Shown here piece by piece: positions 8,877 to 17,687 of a stretch of 60,643 nucleotides of DNA (the first letter of the stretch is position 1; every line of letters starts with the position of its first letter). The position numbers and the translations under genes were made by a program. The stretch covers positions 1 to 60,643 of the IMG/VR virus record IMGVR_UViG_3300042261_000916, one strand, 5' to 3'. The notes under the pieces were generated by a model. That model did not search any database. It had not been told where the DNA came from and worked only from the letters and a program-made list of their open reading frames with translations. The stretch is from a virus (Duplodnaviria > Caudoviricetes).

Positions 8877-10827
8877 AAGATTAAATGAAGCTAAAGATCC
8901 TTTTAAGGATTTGAGAGATTATAGTATAAATTATATCTATGAAAGTAATTCACATGTCCTTGATAAAATTAAAATTACTTATATCGGATCTTATAAACGT
9001 TATAAAAAAAGAGAAACTAGATGGTCTGGGAATTTATATGAACCAGGAGAACCAATTGTTCCTACTTTCTCGCAGTATAAAAAATATTTAAATAATTTAT
9101 TTGTTAATAAACAATTAATATTTGTTCATTTTGATAACGATAAAGGCACATCATTTTTAGTGAAAACTAAAATAAAAGGAATTTCTATAGATAAAGATGG
9201 ATTTATAAAAAAATTAAAAGATGATGCTAGAGAATATATTTTCGATGATAGATTGGAAACAATTGATGTAGAAAAATATATTAATTTATTGAAAAATTTA
9301 ATAGGACAAAATATAAGTTTTAATAAATATTTATATCGTAAAAATCATAAAGATGTATTTGTAGATGATTTTCAATTGAAAAGAATTTATCAAAATAAGG
9401 ACGGTGAAATTATTTTTGAAAATGAAGAGGGAGAATCTTGTCATGTAAATATATTTGATCCTATATGTAAACGTGTAATTTTTACACCGGAAGATCCATA
9501 TGGTGAGGAGGATTGGGATATTAATGAGGATTACGAAGTAGATAAGAATAGATTAAGACAAATAAAATTTATAGGAGGCGAAGAATTAATAGATGTTATA
9601 ACAACGGGCGATGTTGATTTCTTAAATAATAATTTTACTGGATGGGCAAAAATGTATCCTGAATTAAGAACTTACATTTTCCATGTTATAAATTGGGAGA
9701 TAGACCCTAACGATAAAGTAAGATTTACTTATGATGGTTATATTCATGGCGAGTCTGTTAAAATTAATATAGGACCATCTAATTACGTATTAAAGAAAAC
9801 ACCAGAATTAACTATAACAATGTTTGAAGAAAAAGAACCAACAATTATGATAAATGAAAAAGATCCTTATGGAGAAGAAGACTGGAGCGAATATATGGAA
9901 AATGCGTCTTATCCAGATCCAGATCCTCTTAAAATGAGACACACAAACAAATCGTTAAGACATTCAGAAATAAGTGATATAAAGAAACAAAAAAATGTTA
10001 AAATACTCAACGACGAATTTATTGGATGGATAAGAATATTGCCTGAACTATTTGATTATTTTCTACATGTGGTGGAATGGGGAATAAGTGACGGTGTATT
10101 ATATACCAAATATGACGGATATGTTAACGGTCTGAAATTTGTTAGAAATTCAAGTGTTTATACTTATACATTAAAAGACTCAGAACAAATGATGATAACT
10201 GTTGTGGATGATGGAGATCCATTAATTAGAATAGATGATATGGATCCATATGGTGAAGAGGATTGGGATTATGAAGTATTTGAACAATTCTATGATAACG
10301 ATGACGATGTTTATGTGCCTATAAAATCTAAAGAGGAAAAGATGGCAGATATTAAAAGATCTTTGAAAAAGAATACAAGTGAATATCAAAGATTTGATCA
10401 ATATTTATTATTTGATAGACTTGGATTAGAAAGACTCGAAATTCTAAGAAATTTTTTAATAGGAAAAGTCATTGTAGTAGAACAAAACAATAAGAAAAAA
10501 ACTAGAACTAAAGGAAGAGTTTACGAAATTCGCTCAAGAAAAGTTGAAGACGAACAATTTTATCTAATAAGAATGGTAACTAAAGAAGGAGAAATTGAAT
10601 TATTTATACAAGGAAAAGATAGATTCAAAGTTAAAAGTCTAAATATTCCTAAAGTTACTATAGATCCTTACGGTGAAGAAGATTGGGAATTGATTGGTGA
10701 TATACCAGATGAACCTAAGAAAGAAGAAAAGAAAAAAACTACAAGTAAAAAAAGATATTTTAGTAAAGGCAAAGCTTGGATAGCTGATGATGCACCAATG
10801 GCAATTGCTAAACCAAAAAGAGTATGA
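8866..10827 (+). CDS. Modular polyprotein with 4 DPYGEEDW tags and two duplicated domains
   Basis: Tags at 9493, 9862, 10243 and 10663; repeat FxGW...PEL..Y..HV..W.I....YDGY..G. Confidence 0.8.
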   Translation: MRIRRLNEAKDPFKDLRDYSINYIYESNSHVLDKIKITYIGSYKRYKKRETRWSGNLYEPGEPIVPTFSQYKKYLNNLFVNKQLIFVHFDNDKGTSFLVKTKIKGISIDKDGFIKKLKDDAREYIFDDRLETIDVEKYINLLKNLIGQNISFNKYLYRKNHKDVFVDDFQLKRIYQNKDGEIIFENEEGESCHVNIFDPICKRVIFTPEDPYGEEDWDINEDYEVDKNRLRQIKFIGGEELIDVITTGDVDFLNNNFTGWAKMYPELRTYIFHVINWEIDPNDKVRFTYDGYIHGESVKINIGPSNYVLKKTPELTITMFEEKEPTIMINEKDPYGEEDWSEYMENASYPDPDPLKMRHTNKSLRHSEISDIKKQKNVKILNDEFIGWIRILPELFDYFLHVVEWGISDGVLYTKYDGYVNGLKFVRNSSVYTYTLKDSEQMMITVVDDGDPLIRIDDMDPYGEEDWDYEVFEQFYDNDDDVYVPIKSKEEKMADIKRSLKKNTSEYQRFDQYLLFDRLGLERLEILRNFLIGKVIVVEQNNKKKTRTKGRVYEIRSRKVEDEQFYLIRMVTKEGEIELFIQGKDRFKVKSLNIPKVTIDPYGEEDWELIGDIPDEPKKEEKKKTTSKKRYFSKGKAWIADDAPMAIAKPKRV

Positions 10828-11648
10828 AAGATTCTGTAATAAAAATAGAAGGAAGAGAACTCAAACCTTACGTTTGGAATTTATACAATGGACATAAGAC
10901 CAATGATATAGATTATTATTATACTCGTATGATGGAATCTGGTCTGAAGACAGAAGAAATAGGAAACATAGATGGATTATCAATGTTCCTTGTACAAAAT
11001 GATCACGAAAAAGGAAGACCAAACATTTTTATTATGGGAGGAGTTCACGGTGAAGAAACCGCCGGCCCTTGGGGAATATTGAATGTCATGATGAAATTAA
11101 AATTGATGAAGGTCAACGTAAATCTTTCTTTTATTCCTATATTCAATCCATATGGATTTAGTAAAGGTTTAAGATTTAATGGACAATTAAAATCTGTCAA
11201 TTCTGGGTATTTTAGAACTAAATCTGGAAAACAAGAATTAACTACAGAGGGTGTTATTTTCCAAAGAAACTTTATTAGAATTTGTGAACTCGCAAAAAAT
11301 GGATTTCTTTCTTGTCACGAAGATACAGACCAGGAGAATTTCTTTATTTATGAAGTTCACCATGATGCTAAACCAAGTTTTATTTGTAGAGAGTTACAAA
11401 CTATAGGATCTTATTATTTTGGTAAACAGAAAGATGGTGCAGTATATACTGGTGTTGTGAAAGATGGTGTTGTATTAAATGAAAAAGATGGAACAATAGA
11501 TGATTATCTTGTTAATGTTGGTAATATTCATAGAGCAATAACAACAGAAACTCCAGGTAAAGCTGATATTAATAAGAGAGTTTATGTTTATGAGCAAATC
11601 ATAACAAAATTCATAGAAATGTATAGTGCAGGAAATTTTTGGGAATGA
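10824..11648 (+). CDS. M14/AstE-AspA family Zn-carboxypeptidase-like protein
   Basis: GGVHGEE.AG, P..NPYG....R.N, LSCHED, TETP. Confidence 0.85.
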   Translation: MKDSVIKIEGRELKPYVWNLYNGHKTNDIDYYYTRMMESGLKTEEIGNIDGLSMFLVQNDHEKGRPNIFIMGGVHGEETAGPWGILNVMMKLKLMKVNVNLSFIPIFNPYGFSKGLRFNGQLKSVNSGYFRTKSGKQELTTEGVIFQRNFIRICELAKNGFLSCHEDTDQENFFIYEVHHDAKPSFICRELQTIGSYYFGKQKDGAVYTGVVKDGVVLNEKDGTIDDYLVNVGNIHRAITTETPGKADINKRVYVYEQIITKFIEMYSAGNFWE

Positions 11649-12352
11649 TAACGAAATTTATTAAATATAACGAAAATAAAAAACTTAGTGAAGATGATAT
11701 AGTAATCTTCCATTACGGTATTGTTCCTGAACATAGAACTCCAAATCCGACATTAAAACCTTATGATAAAAAGCCCGCTACGATTTTAGTCGCCGATTAT
11801 AGTGAATATCCAACAGTAATAGGAAGTCCTTTCTTAATAAGATTTATAGAAGATGGTAAAAAGGCTTGGGTTAATAGAGAATCTATAACTCCACATAATC
11901 CAAAAATAATAGTATCTCCTATAGATCCTTATGGAGAGGAAGATTGGTCTGTTGATGATGAAGATATAATTAAAGAAAAACTTAATTTTTTTAAGAAAAA
12001 GAAAAAAGCAGAACATGATTTTTCAGTTCATACAGAAGTCAATTTCATACCAAGAAACGATGGTGTTTATTATTTTCAGGCAGGATTGAACAGGATAAAT
12101 GATCATATGGGAATAGGTGAAGATCAATTCGGTAAAAAATGTAAAATTGTTAGAATATACGATGGATATTATGAAATTAAATTCGATAATCTCAAATATT
12201 CTTATACTTGTCGTATTGACAACTTATTGCCTTTGGATTTTTCTAAACATATTGAAAGAAGGAAGGAAATGTTGAATCTTCACAAGGATGAAGATCCTTA
12301 TGGTGAAGAAGTGTGGGAGAGTAATTCTGAAAATATTATCTATATAGATTAG
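11645..12352 (+). CDS. Putative internal protein, two SH3-like modules each ending in DPYGEE(D/V)W
   Basis: MITKFIKYNEN leader; tags at 11924 and 12293. Confidence 0.75.
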   Translation: MITKFIKYNENKKLSEDDIVIFHYGIVPEHRTPNPTLKPYDKKPATILVADYSEYPTVIGSPFLIRFIEDGKKAWVNRESITPHNPKIIVSPIDPYGEEDWSVDDEDIIKEKLNFFKKKKKAEHDFSVHTEVNFIPRNDGVYYFQAGLNRINDHMGIGEDQFGKKCKIVRIYDGYYEIKFDNLKYSYTCRIDNLLPLDFSKHIERRKEMLNLHKDEDPYGEEVWESNSENIIYID

Positions 12353-12560
12353 GAAATGAAAATGACCTAAAAGGTATTAAAAAAATAACAAGCAAGTTAA
12401 GAAATGAACTTGGATTCGTTATGAACGTGGCTCTTATAGATGCAATAAAACACGATGAATTATTAGTGGCTGAAAGTGATAATATTATTGTTGGTTTTGT
12501 TCATTTTCATAAAAGAAGGGATGGATGGAATACAATACATGAAATAGGAGTACTGCCTAC
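12346..12560 (+). pseudogene. Truncated, frameshifted GNAT acetyltransferase N-half
   Basis: Alternative frame reads RLGNENDLKGIKKI...ELGFV...ELLVAE...IVGFVHFHKRRDGWNTIHEIGVLP; no start codon at its 5' end; ends before the acetyl-CoA-binding RxxGxG motif. Confidence 0.7.
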
Positions 12561-13050
12561 ATGTCGGCTCGTAATCCACAACTAACCATACCACCAACGT
12601 TATAGGGCATTTAACCGATCCAACACATCGGCAGACGTATGACCGTCAAACTCAAACAATGCTCTATCCTTTGCAGGTATTTTGAATAAATCCCAATCTT
12701 TCAATTCATAGTGATTTGATATTTGACCAGTTGGCAATACTGCAACAACGATAAACCAACCGCCGCCAAAACAATATTCTCCATCGTGATGCCTAATTGA
12801 TTTGTGAACATTGTATTGTGGTATATCAAATTTTGCCCACTCATTGAATAGTGCAGCATTGTAAGTTTTCCTAAACTCATACAATTCATTAAATGTATGA
12901 TAACCGTCAGAGTAATTTCCCCTAACATCAGAAGGTGTAATGTCAATTAACCTTTGAGCTTCTAATAAAATTCCGTTTTGACTTTCCATTTTGTGTAAAA
13001 TAAACGCCCTATAACATACGCTATACAAAAGCAGGGGCGTACTGCTAAAG
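12560..13050 (+). mobile_element. Integron-type gene cassette remnant with attC-like ends
   Basis: GTTATAGGGCATTTA (12599-12613) and TAAACGCCCTATAAC (13001-13015) are reverse complements (14/15) bracketing one ORF; flanks visibly more GC-rich. Confidence 0.6.
12600..12989 (-). CDS. Conserved phage hypothetical protein (SDGYHTF.ELY...DGHT family), cassette cargo
   Basis: SDGYHTFNELY, HKS.RHHDG...GGWFIV, GQISNHY, FDGHT. Confidence 0.8.
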   Translation of the reverse strand: MESQNGILLEAQRLIDITPSDVRGNYSDGYHTFNELYEFRKTYNAALFNEWAKFDIPQYNVHKSIRHHDGEYCFGGGWFIVVAVLPTGQISNHYELKDWDLFKIPAKDRALFEFDGHTSADVLDRLNAL

Positions 13051-13070
13051 TGAGCGAATATCTGGACTGA

Positions 13071-13406
13071 TTAATTATACATAGATCTTCTTCTCTTCTT
13101 CTCTTTTTCAATACCAGCAGATACCAAATCAACTAAAGTTTCAGATCTTTTTCTTTGAGCAGATAATTCTTTTTTATATGAATCTCCGTCTTGTTTTCTA
13201 AGATCCGCAAAATAATCAAATACAGAAGATTGAACTATATCATTTGATCTGCAGTGACTACACATTTGAGCAGTATCATTAAATACATAAGTATATTTTC
13301 CACACTTATTACATTTATAGTAATTTGTTAAATCCTCTTCGAATGTGGATAGTATTGTACCTAATTGTTCTGCCTCAAAAGTTTTAAAATCTTTAATATT
13401 TCTCAT
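13071..13406 (-). CDS. Zn-ribbon protein with CTS-like leader
   Basis: CNKC...CSHC; MRNIKDFKTFEAE. Confidence 0.7.
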   Translation of the reverse strand: MRNIKDFKTFEAEQLGTILSTFEEDLTNYYKCNKCGKYTYVFNDTAQMCSHCRSNDIVQSSVFDYFADLRKQDGDSYKKELSAQRKRSETLVDLVSAGIEKEKKRRRSMYN

Positions 13407-13407
13407 C

Positions 13408-13435
13408 AATATATAGTTCTTTTGAACTATATATT
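13408..13435 (-). promoter_or_regulatory. 12-bp hairpin overlapping a putative late promoter and the translation start region
   Basis: AATATATAGTTC-tttt-GAACTATATATT directly before ATG 13406. Confidence 0.6.
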
Positions 13436-13600
13436 ATTTTCGGATTTTAATTTTTCTAATAATTTTTTGTAATTTTCTTCTAATTTTCTTTCTCTATCTC
13501 TTAGGTCGGCAGCCTCGCAGAAATCTTGTTTATTGATGGCTTTCATTTTTAATGATCTAATACCATCAATTTCATTTTTAATTTTCTCTAATTCTTCCAT
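13427..13600 (-). CDS. 57-aa UVR (UvrB/UvrC coiled-coil) motif protein
   Basis: Hand-translated: MEELEKIKNEIDGIRSLKMKAINKQDFCEAADLRDRERKL... Confidence 0.7.
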   Translation of the reverse strand: MEELEKIKNEIDGIRSLKMKAINKQDFCEAADLRDRERKLEENYKKLLEKLKSENNI

Positions 13601-14105
13601 GCATGATTTTATTATTATATATTATATTTGACTCGATTCTGTCAATAATATTTGAAGTACTATATCCATTTATGAGTTCTATGGTTTTTATATCCCCACC
13701 ATATTCTTTTACAATATCATATCCAATTATTTCTTCATCTTTATAATCTTTCCCTTTTACTAAAATATCAGGATGAATAGATTTTATAATATTATAGGGA
13801 TTATCTTCGTCGAAGATAATAACATTATCTATAAAAAAAATAGATGCTAATACTATAGATCTGGAAGTTTGATCATTTATAGGACGATTTGGACCTTTTA
13901 ATTTTTTAACGGACGAATCTGAATTTAACCCAACTATTAAATAATCACCCAAAGATGATGCTTTTGATAGAAATTCAATATGTCCTTTATGTAGAATATC
14001 GAAACAACCGTTGGTGAATACGATTTTTTTATTATTATTCTTTAATTCTGATATTAATAATAGAGCTTTTTGAATATCAATTATTTTAGAATCAATCTCC
14101 ATCAT
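13578..14105 (-). CDS. rfaE2: D-glycero-beta-D-manno-heptose 1-phosphate adenylyltransferase (RfaE domain II / HldC-like)
   Basis: VFTNGCFDILHKGH, LIVGLNSDSSVKKLKGPNRPIN, PDILVKG.DY, GYSTS. Confidence 0.93.
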   Translation of the reverse strand: MMEIDSKIIDIQKALLLISELKNNNKKIVFTNGCFDILHKGHIEFLSKASSLGDYLIVGLNSDSSVKKLKGPNRPINDQTSRSIVLASIFFIDNVIIFDEDNPYNIIKSIHPDILVKGKDYKDEEIIGYDIVKEYGGDIKTIELINGYSTSNIIDRIESNIIYNNKIMHGRIREN

Positions 14106-14406
14106 CCCATTTAATATTTTTCATTAATTCTCTTGCTCTATTATCAACTTCTTGAATTTCTTCTTGTGTCCATTCATGATGCTTCATCCATTCTATTTCA
14201 AATTTTCCATCAATAGAATAGAGATAAAAGACTTTTCCCAATTTTAGGTTATCTTTACCTATAATATCTATAGGTAAATTTATATAATACCTCAACAGGC
14301 TTTTTTCCGGATACACTTCCAGCAATTCAGCCGTGATGAATTTACTTTTGATTTCGCTTACATAAGCGACCCATTTCTTTTCTACTGATTTTCCGTTGCG
14401 TTCCAT
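14092..14406 (-). CDS. Hypothetical protein
   Basis: ORF overlapping its neighbours in the minus-strand operon. Confidence 0.6.
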   Translation of the reverse strand: MERNGKSVEKKWVAYVSEIKSKFITAELLEVYPEKSLLRYYINLPIDIIGKDNLKLGKVFYLYSIDGKFEIEWMKHHEWTQEEIQEVDNRARELMKNIKWDDGD

Positions 14407-14945
14407 GACTTTTGCCTTTCTATATAATCAATTATATTTACTATTGAGATTGGTTCATACCCTACATTATCTACCCCTACATCCAATACGTTTGGAGCGT
14501 GAAGATAATGTCCATGATGTTCAAATATTCCATGAACGTGTCCATGTAGACAAACCATATTAGAATCTTTTGATGGATAATGTGGATAATGACTTAATTG
14601 GAATGTATAATTTTTTCCTTCATGTTCATATTCTAAAACATGATTATAATCCCACCATTCAATAAGCCCGGCATTCTTCAAATTGTTGAGAACTTGTGAC
14701 CTATCATGGTTTCCTTTGATTACATATTTTTTCCCATTGAGGAGTCTTGTAACGTGTCTAATATTTCTATTAGTAAATTTAAAAAAGAAGTCACCCAAAT
14801 GGTAAATTTCATCTTCGGGTTTAACAACCTTATTCCATGAATCTACCATGAATCTGTTCATTTCATCCACATTATTGAATGGACGATTGCAGAATCTAAT
14901 TATATTAGCATGGCCAAAATGATGGTCTGAAGACAGATATATCAT
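14382..14945 (-). CDS. Calcineurin-like metallophosphoesterase
   Basis: SDHHFGH, HLGDF, GNHD, SHYP, LHGHVH, DVGVD. Confidence 0.92.
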   Translation of the reverse strand: MIYLSSDHHFGHANIIRFCNRPFNNVDEMNRFMVDSWNKVVKPEDEIYHLGDFFFKFTNRNIRHVTRLLNGKKYVIKGNHDRSQVLNNLKNAGLIEWWDYNHVLEYEHEGKNYTFQLSHYPHYPSKDSNMVCLHGHVHGIFEHHGHYLHAPNVLDVGVDNVGYEPISIVNIIDYIERQKSWNATENQ

Positions 14946-14993
14946 ATTATGTGTATCAGTTGTAAAAAAATCATATTTTTATCTTAATATATA

Positions 14994-15001
14994 CAAATAT
15001 A
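14994..15001 (-). promoter_or_regulatory. Bacteroidota-type -7 promoter box TATATTTG
   Basis: Matches TAnnTTTG upstream of the minus-strand operon; the same TATATTTGTATA occurs at 23595 and 26488. Confidence 0.6.
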
Positions 15002-15037
15002 CAAAAAATTTGTTTATAAAAAAAAAACAAAATAAAA

Positions 15038-15979
15038 ATGGCCGGAATTAAGTGGACGAAAGAAGAAGATAATTTTTTATTAGAAAATTATGAAAATATG
15101 AATAAAGATAGTCTATTAGACAAATTAAATAATAGAACATGGAATGCTATAAAATTAAGAGCTGAAAAGTTTAGGATAAAAAGATATAACAATAGTAATA
15201 GATTGACAAACTTAAAAAATTTGTTAATAGATAACAATGAAACTTATTACTGGATAGGTTTTATAATGGCCGACGGACATATACATAATAATAATAGATT
15301 AAAAATAACATTGTCAATAAAAGACACTGATCATTTGAATAAATTTAAAAATTTTATAAAATATGAACATGATTTATCATTTGGGAATAACGATGGGCAT
15401 GATAATGTTACAATTAATATAATGGATATGAAATACGTAAAATTGTTATGTGAAAAGTTTAATATTAAACAAAACAAAACATATAATGAGTGTGATATTA
15501 AGTCGGTTAAAGAAAAAAATTTATTACTGAGCCTTATTGTCGGATTTATAGATGGTGATGGTTCTATAAAAAATCAGAATAAAAGAAAAGATTTCCAATT
15601 AAGAGTAAAATGTCATAAGAATTGGTTCAATAATTTGGAATATATTTTGTATTCAATACAAAGAATAACAAATGAAAAATGTGATACAGAAGTAAAATAT
15701 ACAAAGGATAAAAGATATGCCTTGTTTAGTATAACAAGTACTTCTGTTCTTAAAAAATTAAAAAAAGAAGTATTGGAATTAAATATTCCTTTTATGAAAA
15801 GGAAATGGGATGTTATAAATGAAAATTACGAGACTTTTTATGAAAGAAAAAGAAAAAGAATAAATCAATACATATCTATAATAAAAAGTGAACCATACTT
15901 AAAAATAAAAGACATTGCTAAAATAATGAATTTATCAGAAGAGGCTATTTACAAATACAAAAGAGAATTAAAAAAGTAA
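15038..15979 (+). CDS. Free-standing double-motif LAGLIDADG homing endonuclease
   Basis: YWIGFIMADGH and LIVGFIDGDGS; C-terminal HTH-like IKDIAKIMNLSEEAIY. Confidence 0.88.
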   Translation: MAGIKWTKEEDNFLLENYENMNKDSLLDKLNNRTWNAIKLRAEKFRIKRYNNSNRLTNLKNLLIDNNETYYWIGFIMADGHIHNNNRLKITLSIKDTDHLNKFKNFIKYEHDLSFGNNDGHDNVTINIMDMKYVKLLCEKFNIKQNKTYNECDIKSVKEKNLLLSLIVGFIDGDGSIKNQNKRKDFQLRVKCHKNWFNNLEYILYSIQRITNEKCDTEVKYTKDKRYALFSITSTSVLKKLKKEVLELNIPFMKRKWDVINENYETFYERKRKRINQYISIIKSEPYLKIKDIAKIMNLSEEAIYKYKRELKK

Positions 15980-16020
15980 TTTATTTATTTTAATATATAG
16001 TAAAAAACAACATTTTGTTT

Positions 16021-16659
16021 ATGCCACACATTAAGAGATTTGAAAAGTTCAATAATAACTCATCTGCTAGTTGGGTTGATAATGATTCTGTGAGAAAAAT
16101 TGTAGAATCCATGAAACCAGAAAATAGTGAATCTGGTAGTTTTAAAATTGCTTTAAAAGGATTTAATTCACAATATAAAACTAAAAATAAAGAACAAAAA
16201 ATAAACGAATCTTTTAATGCGGTTAACTGGGCAGACATGAACTTAATTCAAGAAGTTTTATATAGAATGGATCCAAGAATGTGTAATAGGTCAGAAAGTT
16301 ATAAAAAAGATCTCAAAATATTTTTAGAAAAAATAAATTCTTTCAATAAATTAAATGAACAATTTTCACACGCTGAATGGGTTGATGTGTATCTTTTACA
16401 AGAAGTAATTGATAATATGAAAAGCAGTAAAACACATAACGGGGAAGAATTTAAAAAAGATTTAAGAGCGTTTAACGTCGATTATAAGTATCAATCCAGT
16501 AGGTTTCCATCAACACTTGGTAAAAGAGTAGCAGATTGGGTAGATTCTGATTTGGTACAAGATGTTATAGATAGAATGAATCCTCACAATAATCCAAGAT
16601 GTGAAGAATATAAAGCAAAATTAAAGGAATTTGTAGAACAATATGATAAAGTCTTTTGA
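16021..16659 (+). CDS. Protein of four tandem ~45-aa repeats, CTS-like leader
   Basis: W(V/A)D...(V/I/L)..(V/I)...M.......E.(F/Y)K..L..F four times. Confidence 0.75.
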   Translation: MPHIKRFEKFNNNSSASWVDNDSVRKIVESMKPENSESGSFKIALKGFNSQYKTKNKEQKINESFNAVNWADMNLIQEVLYRMDPRMCNRSESYKKDLKIFLEKINSFNKLNEQFSHAEWVDVYLLQEVIDNMKSSKTHNGEEFKKDLRAFNVDYKYQSSRFPSTLGKRVADWVDSDLVQDVIDRMNPHNNPRCEEYKAKLKEFVEQYDKVF

Positions 16660-17053
16660 TCAATTTTTATTAGAAACAGCTGCAGTACCAAAATTTATTA
16701 AGCCTGAAAAACTTCCAAAAGTTGCTGAAATGGAAGGTAGAGGATATAGAGTAGCTACATTATCAGATGGAGAAAAATATGCTTTTAGCAAAGATTATGT
16801 AGAACAAGATGATATTTATTGGTTAGGACAAAATACACCAGAATATCAATACGGTATAAAATATATTGCTACTCCTTATATAATATCAAATAAAAAGAAT
16901 TTGCCATTCTATTCCATTTATAGTAAATGTGATCCTTCACCAACAGATCATCAGAAGAAAGTTTTAGCTCAAAGAGAGAAGGAAAACGCGGCTAAACAGA
17001 AAGAACTTCAAAAAACTATAAAAGGTGAAAAAAGACCTAGAAAGAGAAAATAA
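16643..17053 (+). CDS. Putative internal head protein
   Basis: MIKSFDQFLLET leader. Confidence 0.7.
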   Translation: MIKSFDQFLLETAAVPKFIKPEKLPKVAEMEGRGYRVATLSDGEKYAFSKDYVEQDDIYWLGQNTPEYQYGIKYIATPYIISNKKNLPFYSIYSKCDPSPTDHQKKVLAQREKENAAKQKELQKTIKGEKRPRKRK

Positions 17054-17686
17054 TTAAATATTGAATATATTTGCGTTAGGATCAAATAATTCCCTAGTTT
17101 TCGTAAACATTCTTTCTAAATCCATATTCTGTTTTTCTATATCTCTTTCAGATAATTCTCCATTCGACTCATCTTCCCATTCTTCTTCGCCGTATGGATC
17201 ATTCTCAGAATAAACTCTTTTAATTTCTTTAATCTTAAATGGTGGTTTAATACTACCATAAAATGATGGAACATGATCTTCGAGATCAAGCAGGTAGCGA
17301 ACATGGTGTATTACAAGATTTTTGTCTTCTATGGTATTTACTCCATGTCCATCTCTTTTTAATGTATTAAATCTATGTTCTCTTAATATATTTGTTAACC
17401 AATCATAATCTAGTTTATCTATTTCTAATCTAAACATTGGATCTCCATCTATTCTAGAGAATCCAATAAATTCAATCCAGTTTATTCTTTCTTTTCCACC
17501 GTTATGTTTATTTTCAAATAATTTAGGTTCAGCTTCTCCGTCTCTATCAAGAAGAATGAAACTTCTTCTTGATATTCCACCTAATTGTTCTTTAATGTCG
17601 AAATATTCTAATTGTTCACGAATATTTTTCCTAAATTGAGCAGCTTTACCTTTCCAATCTAATGATATTTTTATTATTGTTGCCAT
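17054..17686 (-). CDS. Hypothetical protein with DPYGEEEW tag
   Basis: KEIKRVYSENDPYGEEEWED. Confidence 0.7.
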   Translation of the reverse strand: MATIIKISLDWKGKAAQFRKNIREQLEYFDIKEQLGGISRRSFILLDRDGEAEPKLFENKHNGGKERINWIEFIGFSRIDGDPMFRLEIDKLDYDWLTNILREHRFNTLKRDGHGVNTIEDKNLVIHHVRYLLDLEDHVPSFYGSIKPPFKIKEIKRVYSENDPYGEEEWEDESNGELSERDIEKQNMDLERMFTKTRELFDPNANIFNI

Positions 17687-17687
17687 A

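Noticed and set aside
9493-10690. Tag as a 2A/StopGo ribosomal skipping motif
   Set aside because: It lacks the DxExNPG-P consensus, StopGo is a eukaryotic-ribosome mechanism, and many copies are at the C-terminus where skipping would be pointless.
4189-12352. Diversity-generating retroelement behind the variable modules
   Set aside because: No reverse transcriptase in the window and no near-identical TR/VR pair differing at adenines; paralogous modules are diverged at all positions.
15038-15979. LAGLIDADG gene as part of a group I intron or intein
   Set aside because: It lies between intact genes, divergent from the upstream one, with no interrupted host gene or splice elements visible.
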